64,000 nt of DNA, taken from positions 74,634 through 138,633 of the forward strand of contig JAAXUC010000002.1 of the NCBI GenBank assembly GCA_013336225.1, given 5' to 3'. Position numbers and translations under genes: made by a program. Positions 1 through 8,406 of the stretch are shown here, in pieces. Below the pieces are notes generated by a model, which saw only the letters and a program-made list of their open reading frames with translations, was not told the DNA's origin and did not search any database. Numbering within the stretch: the stretch's first letter is position 1; every line of letters starts with the position of its first letter. The DNA is from Candidatus Moraniibacteriota bacterium (GTDB lineage: Bacteria > Patescibacteriota > Minisyncoccia > Moranbacterales > GWC2-37-73).

Positions 1-143
1 TGACTGGATTCGGAACATTCAAAACTTCCGACCGAGCTGCTCGCGAAGGAATCAATCCTCAAACGAAAGCTAAAATCCAAATCCCTGCAATGACAGTTCC
101 AAAATTCACTGCTGGAAAAGCTTTGAAAGAAGCTGTTAAATAA
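1..143 (+). CDS. hup: DNA-binding protein HU, 3' fragment (gene starts upstream of the window)
   Basis: Frame 3 reads ...[46 protein letters not shown] then a stop at 141-143. This matches the conserved C-terminal beta-arm of HU/IHF family proteins. A hairpin terminator follows. Confidence 0.7.
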   Translation, partial: TGFGTFKTSDRAAREGINPQTKAKIQIPAMTVPKFTAGKALKEAVK

Positions 144-195
144 GGAATCATTCTATTGAAATATATTTTTTGAATATATCACAAAAGATGGAAAT

Positions 196-222
196 AAAAC
201 CCACCGCAAGGTGGGTTTTATT
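196..222 (+). terminator. Rho-independent terminator of hup
   Basis: AAAACCCACC-GCAA-GGTGGGTTTTATT: a GC-rich stem followed by a T-run. Confidence 0.6.
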
Positions 223-295
223 GTGGACAGGGTTAACTTTTTTAATGAAAAATGGATTATGCGTAATGTATGGTTCTGAAAAAAAGCGAGCAAGA

Positions 296-412
296 TTTTT
301 TGGTTTGAATGTTTCCTTTTTCGGCACGCTCGCAATCGAGGAGCTATGATTGCTTCGCTAAAACCTCGCTCTCGCTCGCTGTTGCCTCTAAAGAAAACAT
401 TCAAACCAAAAA
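296..412. repeat. Long imperfect inverted repeat element, resembling family B in architecture
   Basis: The arms TTTTTGGTTTGAATGTTTCCTTTT and AAAGAAAACATTCAAACCAAAAA are reverse complements. They enclose a CTCGCTCTCGCTCGCT core. The layout (long AT-rich arms around a CTCGCTCTCGCT core) parallels the family B repeats at 21.6, 24.4 and 30.3 kb. Confidence 0.4.
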
Positions 413-419
413 GCAATTT

Positions 420-558
420 TATTATCTAGCGAAACGAGCGAAATGATTTGTCAGCAGACAAGCATTTCCGAGTGAGCGACGATACCAAAAGGTTTAATAC
501 CTTGAGGCTTGCCTCGAAAACCCAGGGGGTCTAGGGCTCGCCCTGGGGTATTGACACC
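420..558 (+). repeat. Family A structured repeat, copy 1 (~138 nt, three hairpins)
   Basis: About 90% identical to the reverse complement of 7101-7238 and clearly homologous to 33061-33199. It contains three hairpins: GAAATGATTTGTC-AGC-AGACAAGCATTTC, TTGAGG-CTTG-CCTCGA and CAGGG..CCCTGG. Confidence 0.75.
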
Positions 559-560
559 TT

Positions 561-863
561 TTATTTTTCTCCGTCTATTTTGCGCACGATGTCGCGCATG
601 AGCAGGACGCCAGAGAGAAAGCAGATAGTGAAGAGCATACGCAGGATTTTCACGGCTAGCGTGAAAATAAGAGCATTGTCCGACACATAAAGATTGGTAA
701 CTTCGGCAAATAGAAGAAAAATGATGGCTGCGAGAAAAAATTTGTAGGAAATGTCCAATTCTTTTTCAACTCGCCAAACCACGCCGGCAGTATAGATGAT
801 AGAGAGAGCTAGGGCTCCAATGGTAATGGCGTTGATGGTGAGCAGTAATGTTTGATTATCCAT
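561..863 (-). CDS. Small integral membrane protein (3 predicted TM helices), hypothetical
   Basis: 100-aa ORF, strongly hydrophobic. It abuts the stop of the upstream 484-aa gene on the same strand. Confidence 0.45.
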   Translation of the reverse strand: MDNQTLLLTINAITIGALALSIIYTAGVVWRVEKELDISYKFFLAAIIFLLFAEVTNLYVSDNALIFTLAVKILRMLFTICFLSGVLLMRDIVRKIDGEK

Positions 864-864
864 A

Positions 865-2319
865 TTAGTATTTTCTTTTTTTAAGACTTATAAGGCCGAG
901 TGAGGCTAAATTTTCTTCTGTAATTTGACGTAGCGCATGCAGTGAGAGCCAATATTCACGAGAGAATAAAAATAGCCATAGTAGTAGGAGTAATAATGAT
1001 ATGGAAGCAATCAGACCGAGAGCGCTTAAAAATTCAGGATAGGTCATGAAGATTGACCCTCCCAGATTTAAAAATGGCTTTGGAGTGACGTGAAAGATGC
1101 GCTCTTGCTCAATGATAAAAGTGTCAAATTTCAAACTAGTTTTCAATTTGTAGGTTCCATCTTTTAGATAGGCAGGAAGCATGACGGTTTTTGCAATATT
1201 TTCTCCAGCAGCAAGAGTGATGGAATCTTCGTTGGTGAGAATTGAATTGCCTTTAGCATCGAGAACTTGATAGGCGAGAGCTGCAACTCGGCCATCGTAT
1301 TTTGAATCAAGCTCTTGGATTGAAACAATTGTGTCCAGATTTTTGCCTTGTACAAGAGAGTCATTTTTTAGTTCCAGCGAATAGGTGACTGGCTTGAGCT
1401 CTGGTTTTTCTTCTGGAATGACTGCTGGAGTGGTGTGATTTTTTGTGGGAGTTGATGGCAGCTGGGTTGTTGCTTTTTCTTTAGACTGGGCATGCTTGTT
1501 ATTATTGTCATTGTCATCTGTTGATGTCGAAGCAGCTTTAAAATCTATAATGAAATATAATTCTCCTGACACTGTTCGTGAAGAATCAAGTGGGTCTTGC
1601 ACCGTTACAAAAAGAGTGTGCACGCCATTGGTAATATCAAGCGGTGGATCCCAGCTCCAATAACCATTAAGATTGGCCAGCGTGTCACCATAAATTATTT
1701 GAGTGCTGTGAATTTGAAGATTGATGATTCCATAGGGAATGTTGGTGGTTCCTGAAAAACGTGGGCGCGTGGTGTCCAGAATGGTGTAGAAGCCATCATT
1801 GGGGCTTAGCGGTGCTAAGGTGATGGTTGGAGTTTCAGAATTGCTGCCACATAGTTGTGGAGAAGTGATGGTCACCGAATCTGAATCAGCAAAACCATTG
1901 CCCATTGGTCCATGTGCCGTCACGACATATGAATAGGTTGTATTGATAGTTGTATTTGTATCTAAATAGGAATTAAATGCTGTGCCCGTGACCAGCGGGA
2001 AGCCATTTCGATAGATATCAAAAAATGTTGAGTTTTCATCACTTGGCCAAGTTAGGTTGATGTTGAATTCGCCGGTATTGCAAGTTCCTGTAATTGAAAC
2101 AATTGGCTTGATGGGCGGAGCAAGAACTTTGGCAGTGATGGTCACAGCTTCATCAGCCAGAGCACTAAACTTGCTTTTAATGTCAGAGAATAAAAATTCA
2201 GGGCTATATGAAACTGACAAGATGACATAGGAAAAAAATAAAACCATGGAAACAATCGCATGCAAGCGACGAATTTTTTTCAACAGGATCTTCTTTTTGT
2301 TTTTACGTGGTTTTTTCAT
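865..2319 (-). CDS. Surface-anchored protein, hypothetical
   Basis: 484-aa ORF. It has a Lys-rich N-terminal tail with a signal-anchor helix, beta-rich Ig/fibronectin-like regions (inferred from composition), an acidic Asn/Asp linker and a C-terminal hydrophobic helix. Confidence 0.55.
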   Translation of the reverse strand: MKKPRKNKKKILLKKIRRLHAIVSMVLFFSYVILSVSYSPEFLFSDIKSKFSALADEAVTITAKVLAPPIKPIVSITGTCNTGEFNINLTWPSDENSTFFDIYRNGFPLVTGTAFNSYLDTNTTINTTYSYVVTAHGPMGNGFADSDSVTITSPQLCGSNSETPTITLAPLSPNDGFYTILDTTRPRFSGTTNIPYGIINLQIHSTQIIYGDTLANLNGYWSWDPPLDITNGVHTLFVTVQDPLDSSRTVSGELYFIIDFKAASTSTDDNDNNNKHAQSKEKATTQLPSTPTKNHTTPAVIPEEKPELKPVTYSLELKNDSLVQGKNLDTIVSIQELDSKYDGRVAALAYQVLDAKGNSILTNEDSITLAAGENIAKTVMLPAYLKDGTYKLKTSLKFDTFIIEQERIFHVTPKPFLNLGGSIFMTYPEFLSALGLIASISLLLLLLWLFLFSREYWLSLHALRQITEENLASLGLISLKKRKY

Positions 2320-2423
2320 GAGGATATCAACTTGTTTGCATGACTGAATTTATATTGACATTATACATCAAAAAGTAACTCGCGGCTATTGGAAAAAAAG
2401 CCTAAAAGAGTTATAATTTTTGT

Positions 2424-3485
2424 ATGTTAAGAGAAATAAAAATAAAATTAAAAAAACTTGCCAGTTTTTTATCCACATCAACCTTTGTTTTTTTATTGGT
2501 GATGCCAGCCAGCACGAATTATCAATTGAAGGATTTTGGTTTTGGCAGTGGAGGAACTAGCACGGCTTCATCCGGAAATTATTCTTTGGATGCAATTGCT
2601 GGTGAAATCAGCAGTGGGAAATTGTCTTCAGCAACTTTTGGAATTGGCAGTGGTTTGACCTATACAAATCAAGCCAATGTGCCGGTGGCGCCAACATTCA
2701 CCAATCCAAACAATTATTACAATAAATTGCAGCTCATCATTGATACTTCAGGAAATCCAGCTGATACTAAATTTGCCATCGCAATCAGCACGGACAACTT
2801 TGCAACCATTACAAACTATGTGCAAAGCGACAACACGGTTGGCACGGTTTTGGGAATTGAAGATTATCAAGCATATGCCAGCTGGGGAGGTGCAAGTGGA
2901 TTCTATGTTATTGGTCTGGCTGCCAATACAACATATCAAGTGAAAGTCAAAGCCATGCAAGGAAAATTCACTGAGACTGGATTTGGTTTGGTTTCAACTG
3001 CAGCCACCGTGAATCCGACAATGAGTTTTGGAATCAACATCAACACGATAAATTTCGGAAATCTTCCAGCGGGAACAGTTGTGAATAGCCCTCAAAGTGT
3101 TACAGCTAGTTTTGCAACCAACGGAGAAACGGGAGGAAAAGTGTATATCATCGGAAAAAATGCTGGACTCTTGAGCGCCTCAAAGAGTTATACAATTGCT
3201 TCAGCGACAGCTGATTTGTCTTCAGCTGCAGTGCAGGGCTTTGGCGCGCAGGGAACAAGTGCCACGCAAAGTTCTGGCGGCCCACTTTCAATTGTGGCGC
3301 CATACAACGTTGCTGCCAGCAATGTTGGAATTGTTGACACTGCTGTGCGGGAAATTTTTTCTTCTGCCAATCCAATTGTTGGTGGCAGCGGAATCTTTTT
3401 GCTCAAAGCAAAATCATTGGCACTGACTCCAGCCGCCAGTGATTATAGTGAGATTTTAACGGTGATTGCCTCAGGAAGCTTCTAA
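2424..3485 (+). CDS. Secreted Thr/Ser/Gly-rich surface protein, paralog 1
   Basis: 353 aa with an N-terminal signal peptide and a low-complexity T/S/G/A-rich body. The C-terminus DYSEILTVIASGSF is conserved with the next gene (DYTDTLTVIAAGRF). Confidence 0.6.
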   Translation: MLREIKIKLKKLASFLSTSTFVFLLVMPASTNYQLKDFGFGSGGTSTASSGNYSLDAIAGEISSGKLSSATFGIGSGLTYTNQANVPVAPTFTNPNNYYNKLQLIIDTSGNPADTKFAIAISTDNFATITNYVQSDNTVGTVLGIEDYQAYASWGGASGFYVIGLAANTTYQVKVKAMQGKFTETGFGLVSTAATVNPTMSFGININTINFGNLPAGTVVNSPQSVTASFATNGETGGKVYIIGKNAGLLSASKSYTIASATADLSSAAVQGFGAQGTSATQSSGGPLSIVAPYNVAASNVGIVDTAVREIFSSANPIVGGSGIFLLKAKSLALTPAASDYSEILTVIASGSF

Positions 3486-3701
3486 TCATCAATTATAGCT
3501 GATGTATTCTTTGAAAAGTTATCCACAGATTGCATAAAATGCATAGACGACTTTTCAAAAAAATGCTATAATTTAATTAATAAATGTTTCTATAAAAAAT
3601 AAAAAAAATAAGCACTTCGTGCTTGAAATTGCGTCGTTCGTCAGCAAATAAAAATATTGCACAATGCTTTCATTTGCTGACTCGCTAGCAATTATAAAAA
3701 T

Positions 3702-4778
3702 ATGCAACATAAAGTTGTAAAAAAAAGCTCAGTCCCGAATGTTTTGATGCTAGTTGTCATTGGTATTGCCACACTTGCTGTTTCTGGCAAAGCTCAAGCT
3801 GGTGGTCTCGGCAATGTTTCTGTGCGATTGGATCGAATGATGGCCGGTCAGGCAACTGGGGGCACAATTTGTGCTCGTCCAATTACTACAGATACTGAAA
3901 CATTAGTGAAAATAACATTCCCAACAGGTTTTACAGTGAATCCTACCGCTGCTAACTGGACGACAAGTGTTACAAATCTGCCGGCTAATCCAGCTGGCTA
4001 CACTGTGGCTGCTTGGCCTGGTATAGGTGCAGCTGCTCAAACGGCATCTGGACAGGATGTGACTTTTGTTAGTACTGATTTGACACCAGGAACCACAATC
4101 TATTGTTTTAATTTTTCAGGGACGACAACATTGACAACTGGCACCGCTTCAAATGCTTATGTTGGATCGGTGACAACGCAAAAAGCTGGCCCAACAACGA
4201 TTGATTCATCTTCTTATAATCTTTCAACAATTACTGACGACACAATTACTATTACGGCTGTGGTGCCACCAAATTTTAGTTTTTCAATCGCTGGTGGCAA
4301 TACCGATAGCTTTACAGGAAATCTTTCTACCAGTGTTGTTTCTACTACTGGAAAGACAGCTACAATTACCACTAATGCTGCCAATGGCTGGGTTGCTTGG
4401 GTAAAAAGCGCCAATGCTGGACTCACTTCGGCCAGTGCTTCAGCTAGTATCGCCACCGCAGGAACAGTCAATAACTCTACTGCTGATTCTGACTTAGCAA
4501 GTACTACGGGTTATGTTTTGGACGTATCCTTTACAGATAGCGCAACTGCTACAACCGGAACAGTGAGTCAAGCTGCTGGATATGGAGCTGAATATGCAGG
4601 AAACGGGACGAGTTCAGGAGGAACACTTTCAACAACATTTCAACCCATTGCTGCTGCAAGCGGTGTTACTGATGGAGATACGATAACTTTAAAAGAAAGA
4701 GCAAAAATTAGCGCTATTCAAAAAGCTGCTAATGACTATACTGATACGCTGACTGTGATTGCTGCTGGAAGATTTTAA
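3702..4778 (+). CDS. Secreted Thr/Ser/Ala-rich surface protein, paralog 2
   Basis: 358 aa. Signal peptide MQHKVVKKSSVPNVLMLVVIGIATLAVSGKAQA. It has the same composition and C-terminal motif as the 2424-3485 product. Confidence 0.6.
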   Translation: MQHKVVKKSSVPNVLMLVVIGIATLAVSGKAQAGGLGNVSVRLDRMMAGQATGGTICARPITTDTETLVKITFPTGFTVNPTAANWTTSVTNLPANPAGYTVAAWPGIGAAAQTASGQDVTFVSTDLTPGTTIYCFNFSGTTTLTTGTASNAYVGSVTTQKAGPTTIDSSSYNLSTITDDTITITAVVPPNFSFSIAGGNTDSFTGNLSTSVVSTTGKTATITTNAANGWVAWVKSANAGLTSASASASIATAGTVNNSTADSDLASTTGYVLDVSFTDSATATTGTVSQAAGYGAEYAGNGTSSGGTLSTTFQPIAAASGVTDGDTITLKERAKISAIQKAANDYTDTLTVIAAGRF

Positions 4779-4806
4779 ATAAACACATCAACAGCTCGTT
4801 CGTGTA

Positions 4807-4834
4807 AAAACCTCCCAATTCGGAGGTTTTTTAT
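4807..4834 (+). terminator. Rho-independent terminator
   Basis: AAAACCTCC-CAATTC-GGAGGTTTTTTATTT. Confidence 0.6.
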
Positions 4835-4861
4835 TTGTTAAAGAGCCATTTATAGTGTATA

Positions 4862-5848
4862 TTCAATATGAGATATAATAAAAAACTAACAAATCCCCGT
4901 ATGTCATTTAAGAAAACAATTGCCTTGATAGCCATCACAGTGTTGCTTAGTTTTGGAGAAACAACATCTGCTCAAACCACTGCAACCGACCTGCGCTTAA
5001 CAAGTTCACCACTCCCAATTAATCTGAAGGTTATTCCAGGCACCACCGTTTCAGCTAATATTAAAGTTAAGAATGATGGCATCAGTGCGGAAAACATCAG
5101 AATAACTTTGATGAAGTTTAAAGCTGATTCTGCTACGGGTGCTCCAAATCTTAGCGAAAGGCAAGCGGGAGATGACTACTTTGATTGGGTGACTTTTTCT
5201 GAAGATAAATTTGTGCTGCCAGTTAATGAATGGAAAACAATCACGGCAACCTTTAATGTTCCAGCCTCAGCCTCATTTGGATATTATTATGCAGTAGTTT
5301 TTACTCGCGCGCAGGAAAATGTTACTCAAAGTGAAAAGCAAACGATACTTGTCGGTGGTATGGCGACCTTGGTTTTGCTGGAAGCTCAAGTTCCAAATGC
5401 AAAAAGAGAAATCCAAGTGACAGATTTTTCAGTGGACAAATCAATGTTTGAATTTTTGCCTGCCACTTTTTCAATCAAACTAAAAAACACTGGCAATGTG
5501 CATCTCGCTCCACGCGGAAATATTTTTATCAGTAAAAGCGATCAAAAGGATGTTGCAATTTTGGAAGTCAATCCAAACAAAGGGTCAATCTTGCCTGATT
5601 CGCCAAGAACGTTTGAGGAAAGTTGGTCGGATGGTTTTCCATATTACATCGACAAGCAAGCAGACGGAAAAGTTGTTATTGATGGTAATGGTAAAACAGA
5701 ACAAGAATTGAAATGGAACTTTGCAGAGGCCTCAAAACTCAGATGGGGAAAGTATACCGCCAAGATGCTGCTTGTGTATGATGATGGCAAACGGGATGTT
5801 CCCGTTGAAGCAGAAGTGAGTTTTTGGATTATGCCATGGAGAGTGATT
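4862..5848 (+). repeat. Tandem direct repeat, unit 1 (987 bp)
   Basis: Apparently 100% identical to 5969-6955 (offset 1107 bp). Translated products and internal small ORFs are identical. Confidence 0.85.
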
Positions 5849-5956
5849 ATTTATGCAGTCTTGATTCCTTTGATTCCTGCCTTGTCCGTATACTTTTTCA
5901 TGAAATGGAGAATGAAAAAAGCTATGAATAGAGGGAAAAAGAATAAAAAGAAATAG
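4868..5956 (+). CDS. Secreted protein with C-terminal TM anchor and basic tail (NTGNVH-PRG family), tandem copy 1
   Basis: 362 aa with a signal peptide and a beta-rich body. The first 326 residues are identical to the next gene. C-terminal anchor IYAVLIPLIPALSVYFF followed by KKAMNRGKKNKKK. Confidence 0.7.
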   Translation: MRYNKKLTNPRMSFKKTIALIAITVLLSFGETTSAQTTATDLRLTSSPLPINLKVIPGTTVSANIKVKNDGISAENIRITLMKFKADSATGAPNLSERQAGDDYFDWVTFSEDKFVLPVNEWKTITATFNVPASASFGYYYAVVFTRAQENVTQSEKQTILVGGMATLVLLEAQVPNAKREIQVTDFSVDKSMFEFLPATFSIKLKNTGNVHLAPRGNIFISKSDQKDVAILEVNPNKGSILPDSPRTFEESWSDGFPYYIDKQADGKVVIDGNGKTEQELKWNFAEASKLRWGKYTAKMLLVYDDGKRDVPVEAEVSFWIMPWRVIIYAVLIPLIPALSVYFFMKWRMKKAMNRGKKNKKK

Positions 5957-5962
5957 ATGTGA

Positions 5963-7096
5963 ATGGTGTTCAATATGAGATATAATAAAAAACTAACAAA
6001 TCCCCGTATGTCATTTAAGAAAACAATTGCCTTGATAGCCATCACAGTGTTGCTTAGTTTTGGAGAAACAACATCTGCTCAAACCACTGCAACCGACCTG
6101 CGCTTAACAAGTTCACCACTCCCAATTAATCTGAAGGTTATTCCAGGCACCACCGTTTCAGCTAATATTAAAGTTAAGAATGATGGCATCAGTGCGGAAA
6201 ACATCAGAATAACTTTGATGAAGTTTAAAGCTGATTCTGCTACGGGTGCTCCAAATCTTAGCGAAAGGCAAGCGGGAGATGACTACTTTGATTGGGTGAC
6301 TTTTTCTGAAGATAAATTTGTGCTGCCAGTTAATGAATGGAAAACAATCACGGCAACCTTTAATGTTCCAGCCTCAGCCTCATTTGGATATTATTATGCA
6401 GTAGTTTTTACTCGCGCGCAGGAAAATGTTACTCAAAGTGAAAAGCAAACGATACTTGTCGGTGGTATGGCGACCTTGGTTTTGCTGGAAGCTCAAGTTC
6501 CAAATGCAAAAAGAGAAATCCAAGTGACAGATTTTTCAGTGGACAAATCAATGTTTGAATTTTTGCCTGCCACTTTTTCAATCAAACTAAAAAACACTGG
6601 CAATGTGCATCTCGCTCCACGCGGAAATATTTTTATCAGTAAAAGCGATCAAAAGGATGTTGCAATTTTGGAAGTCAATCCAAACAAAGGGTCAATCTTG
6701 CCTGATTCGCCAAGAACGTTTGAGGAAAGTTGGTCGGATGGTTTTCCATATTACATCGACAAGCAAGCAGACGGAAAAGTTGTTATTGATGGTAATGGTA
6801 AAACAGAACAAGAATTGAAATGGAACTTTGCAGAGGCCTCAAAACTCAGATGGGGAAAGTATACCGCCAAGATGCTGCTTGTGTATGATGATGGCAAACG
6901 GGATGTTCCCGTTGAAGCAGAAGTGAGTTTTTGGATTATGCCATGGAGAGTGATTGGTGCAGGAATCTTTGTTGCAATTTTTGTTTTCATTGGTCTTAAA
7001 TCAACTTCACAAAATTTCTGGAGAAGAATTAGGACAATGTTTGGCAAAGAAAAAGAAATCATTGGCAAGAAAAAACCTATCAATAAGAAGAAATAA
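5963..7096 (+). CDS. Secreted protein with C-terminal TM anchor and basic tail (NTGNVH-PRG family), tandem copy 2
   Basis: 377 aa. The likely true start is the ATG at 5975, which is homologous to the copy-1 start. Identical to copy 1 through ...SFWIMPWRVI, then a different anchor GAGIFVAIFVFIGL followed by a K-rich tail. Confidence 0.7.
   Translation: MVFNMRYNKKLTNPRMSFKKTIALIAITVLLSFGETTSAQTTATDLRLTSSPLPINLKVIPGTTVSANIKVKNDGISAENIRITLMKFKADSATGAPNLSERQAGDDYFDWVTFSEDKFVLPVNEWKTITATFNVPASASFGYYYAVVFTRAQENVTQSEKQTILVGGMATLVLLEAQVPNAKREIQVTDFSVDKSMFEFLPATFSIKLKNTGNVHLAPRGNIFISKSDQKDVAILEVNPNKGSILPDSPRTFEESWSDGFPYYIDKQADGKVVIDGNGKTEQELKWNFAEASKLRWGKYTAKMLLVYDDGKRDVPVEAEVSFWIMPWRVIGAGIFVAIFVFIGLKSTSQNFWRRIRTMFGKEKEIIGKKKPINKKK
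5969..6955 (+). repeat. Tandem direct repeat, unit 2 (987 bp)
   Basis: See unit 1. Divergence begins right after codon I of PWRVI in both copies. Confidence 0.85.
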
Positions 7097-7100
7097 AAGA

Positions 7101-7238
7101 GTATTAATACCCCAGGGCAAGCCCTGGACCCGATGGGTTTTCGAGGCAAGCCTCGAGGCATTAAACCTTTTGGTATCGTCACTCACTCGGAAATGATTGT
7201 CTGCTGACAAATCATTTCGCTCGTTTCGCTAGATAATA
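7101..7238 (-). repeat. Family A structured repeat, copy 2 (inverted relative to copy 1)
   Basis: The reverse complement aligns end-to-end with 420-558. Differences fall in hairpin stems and are compensatory (TCGAGG/CCTCGA versus TTGAGG/CCTCGA). Confidence 0.75.
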
Positions 7239-7307
7239 GAACATACGTATCTGCAGACAACAAAAAATACCTAAATTGTTTTAGGTATTTTTTGTTTTCT
7301 GCTATAA

Positions 7308-8237
7308 TTGTTGTATATGAAAAAGAAATTAACATATTTAACTTTAATATTGGTTGGCGCATTATTTTTTTCAAAAAATGCCTTGGCTGATGATCAAAAT
7401 TTTTCCATCAGTCCTTTTTTTCAAGAAATTAATTTGGAAAAAGAGCAAGAGAGAACGGATTTTGTATTGGAAATTGCCAATAACACCGGAGCTGCTGCAA
7501 CCTTGAAATTGTCGGTGCTTGATTTTGGAGCGCTGGACGAATCTGGTGGGGTGGCTTTTTTGGGCAGCGCTGAAGATTTGAAAAACAAATATGCTCTAGC
7601 TTCTTGGGTCAGCTTGGAAAAAGATTCAGTTGTAATTAATCCTGGTGAAAAACAAAATGTCCGAGTGATGATTGAAAACAAAGATTCTCTTTCGCCGGGT
7701 GGACATTATGCTGCTGTGATGGCCAATATGGCAAAGGAAGATGATGGAACTGGCAGTGAGTCATCAATTGTTGCGCTTGATCCATCATTTGCCTCACTCA
7801 TCTTCGTGCGCAAAGTTGGCGGTGAAATCTATGGTTTGAATTTGAAAGATCAAGAAATTGAAAAGAATTTTTTGAGCTTGCCAAGCAATGTGAGATTGCG
7901 TTTTCAAAATACTGGTAATGTCCATGTCAGTCCGCGCGGAATCATCAAGCTCACCGATCCGTTGGGACGAGAAATTGCCACTGGAATCATCAATGGTGAA
8001 TCGGCCATAGTTTTGCCAGAAACATTTCGCAAATTCCCAACTGAGTTCAAGCAAGCAGCCGTGGCTTTCATGCCAGGGAAGTATGAGCTTTCGGTGGCAT
8101 ATCGCTTTGACGGAAAAGAAGATTTTGTGACTCAGCAGCAAGTTGTCTATTTTTTCCCAATTAAGATAATGCTCGCAAGTATTTTCATGCTTGTATTGGT
8201 AGCCTTTAGCTGGAGAAGGTTTAGGAGAAGAAGGTAA
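7308..8237 (+). CDS. Secreted protein with C-terminal TM anchor and RRRR tail (NTGNVH-PRG family), third paralog
   Basis: 309 aa with a signal peptide. The motif FQNTGNVHVSPRGII matches LKNTGNVHLAPRGNIF in the tandem duplicates. C-terminal TM helix followed by WRRFRRRR. An alternative start lies at 7317. Confidence 0.65.
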   Translation: MLYMKKKLTYLTLILVGALFFSKNALADDQNFSISPFFQEINLEKEQERTDFVLEIANNTGAAATLKLSVLDFGALDESGGVAFLGSAEDLKNKYALASWVSLEKDSVVINPGEKQNVRVMIENKDSLSPGGHYAAVMANMAKEDDGTGSESSIVALDPSFASLIFVRKVGGEIYGLNLKDQEIEKNFLSLPSNVRLRFQNTGNVHVSPRGIIKLTDPLGREIATGIINGESAIVLPETFRKFPTEFKQAAVAFMPGKYELSVAYRFDGKEDFVTQQQVVYFFPIKIMLASIFMLVLVAFSWRRFRRRR

Positions 8238-8245
8238 CATATCGT

Positions 8246-8366
8246 GTCATTCCGGGCTTGACCCGGAATCCAGGTTCAATACTGTAGGCTTTGTGTGGTA
8301 ACAATTTGTGATAATATTTATACTCTCATTGTAATATCCTGGATTCCCGCTTTCGCGGGAATGACA
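8246..8366. repeat. Family C paired-hairpin element, copy 1
   Basis: GTCATTCCGGG-CTTGA-CCCGGAATCC, a ~70-nt spacer, then GGATTCCCGC-TTTC-GCGGGAATGAC. The outer GTCATTC/GAATGAC and CCAG/CTGG ends are complementary. A second copy lies at 45665-45746. Confidence 0.6.
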
Positions 8367-8406
8367 AATACAGCAATTTGTTTCAAGAATTAAGTTTGTT
8401 AATAAT

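Noticed and set aside
153-416. 87-aa minus-strand ORF in the hup-downstream spacer
   Set aside because: It lies entirely over the inverted-repeat element at 296-412 and low-complexity sequence. There is no plausible ribosome-binding site and the composition is that of a translated hairpin.
1164-4471. Numerous 60-90 aa ORFs antisense to, or nested within, the large surface-protein genes (for example 1164-1364, 1445-1663, 2677-2943, 3148-3426, 4201-4471)
   Set aside because: They overlap longer, well-supported ORFs with clear signal peptides or domains. They reflect the biased Thr/Ser/Gly codon composition. No independent support.
4862-6955. Diversity-generating retroelement (template and variable repeat) explanation for the tandem repeat
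   Set aside because: The two units are identical rather than differing at adenines, and no reverse transcriptase ORF (no YxDD motif) is present anywhere in the window.
420-7238. Classical composite transposon or IS explanation for the inverted family A pair
   Set aside because: No transposase, integrase or recombinase ORF lies in or near the cassette. The family A element is too small and too structured to encode one. The mobile or invertible hypothesis is kept only as a cis-element-based possibility.
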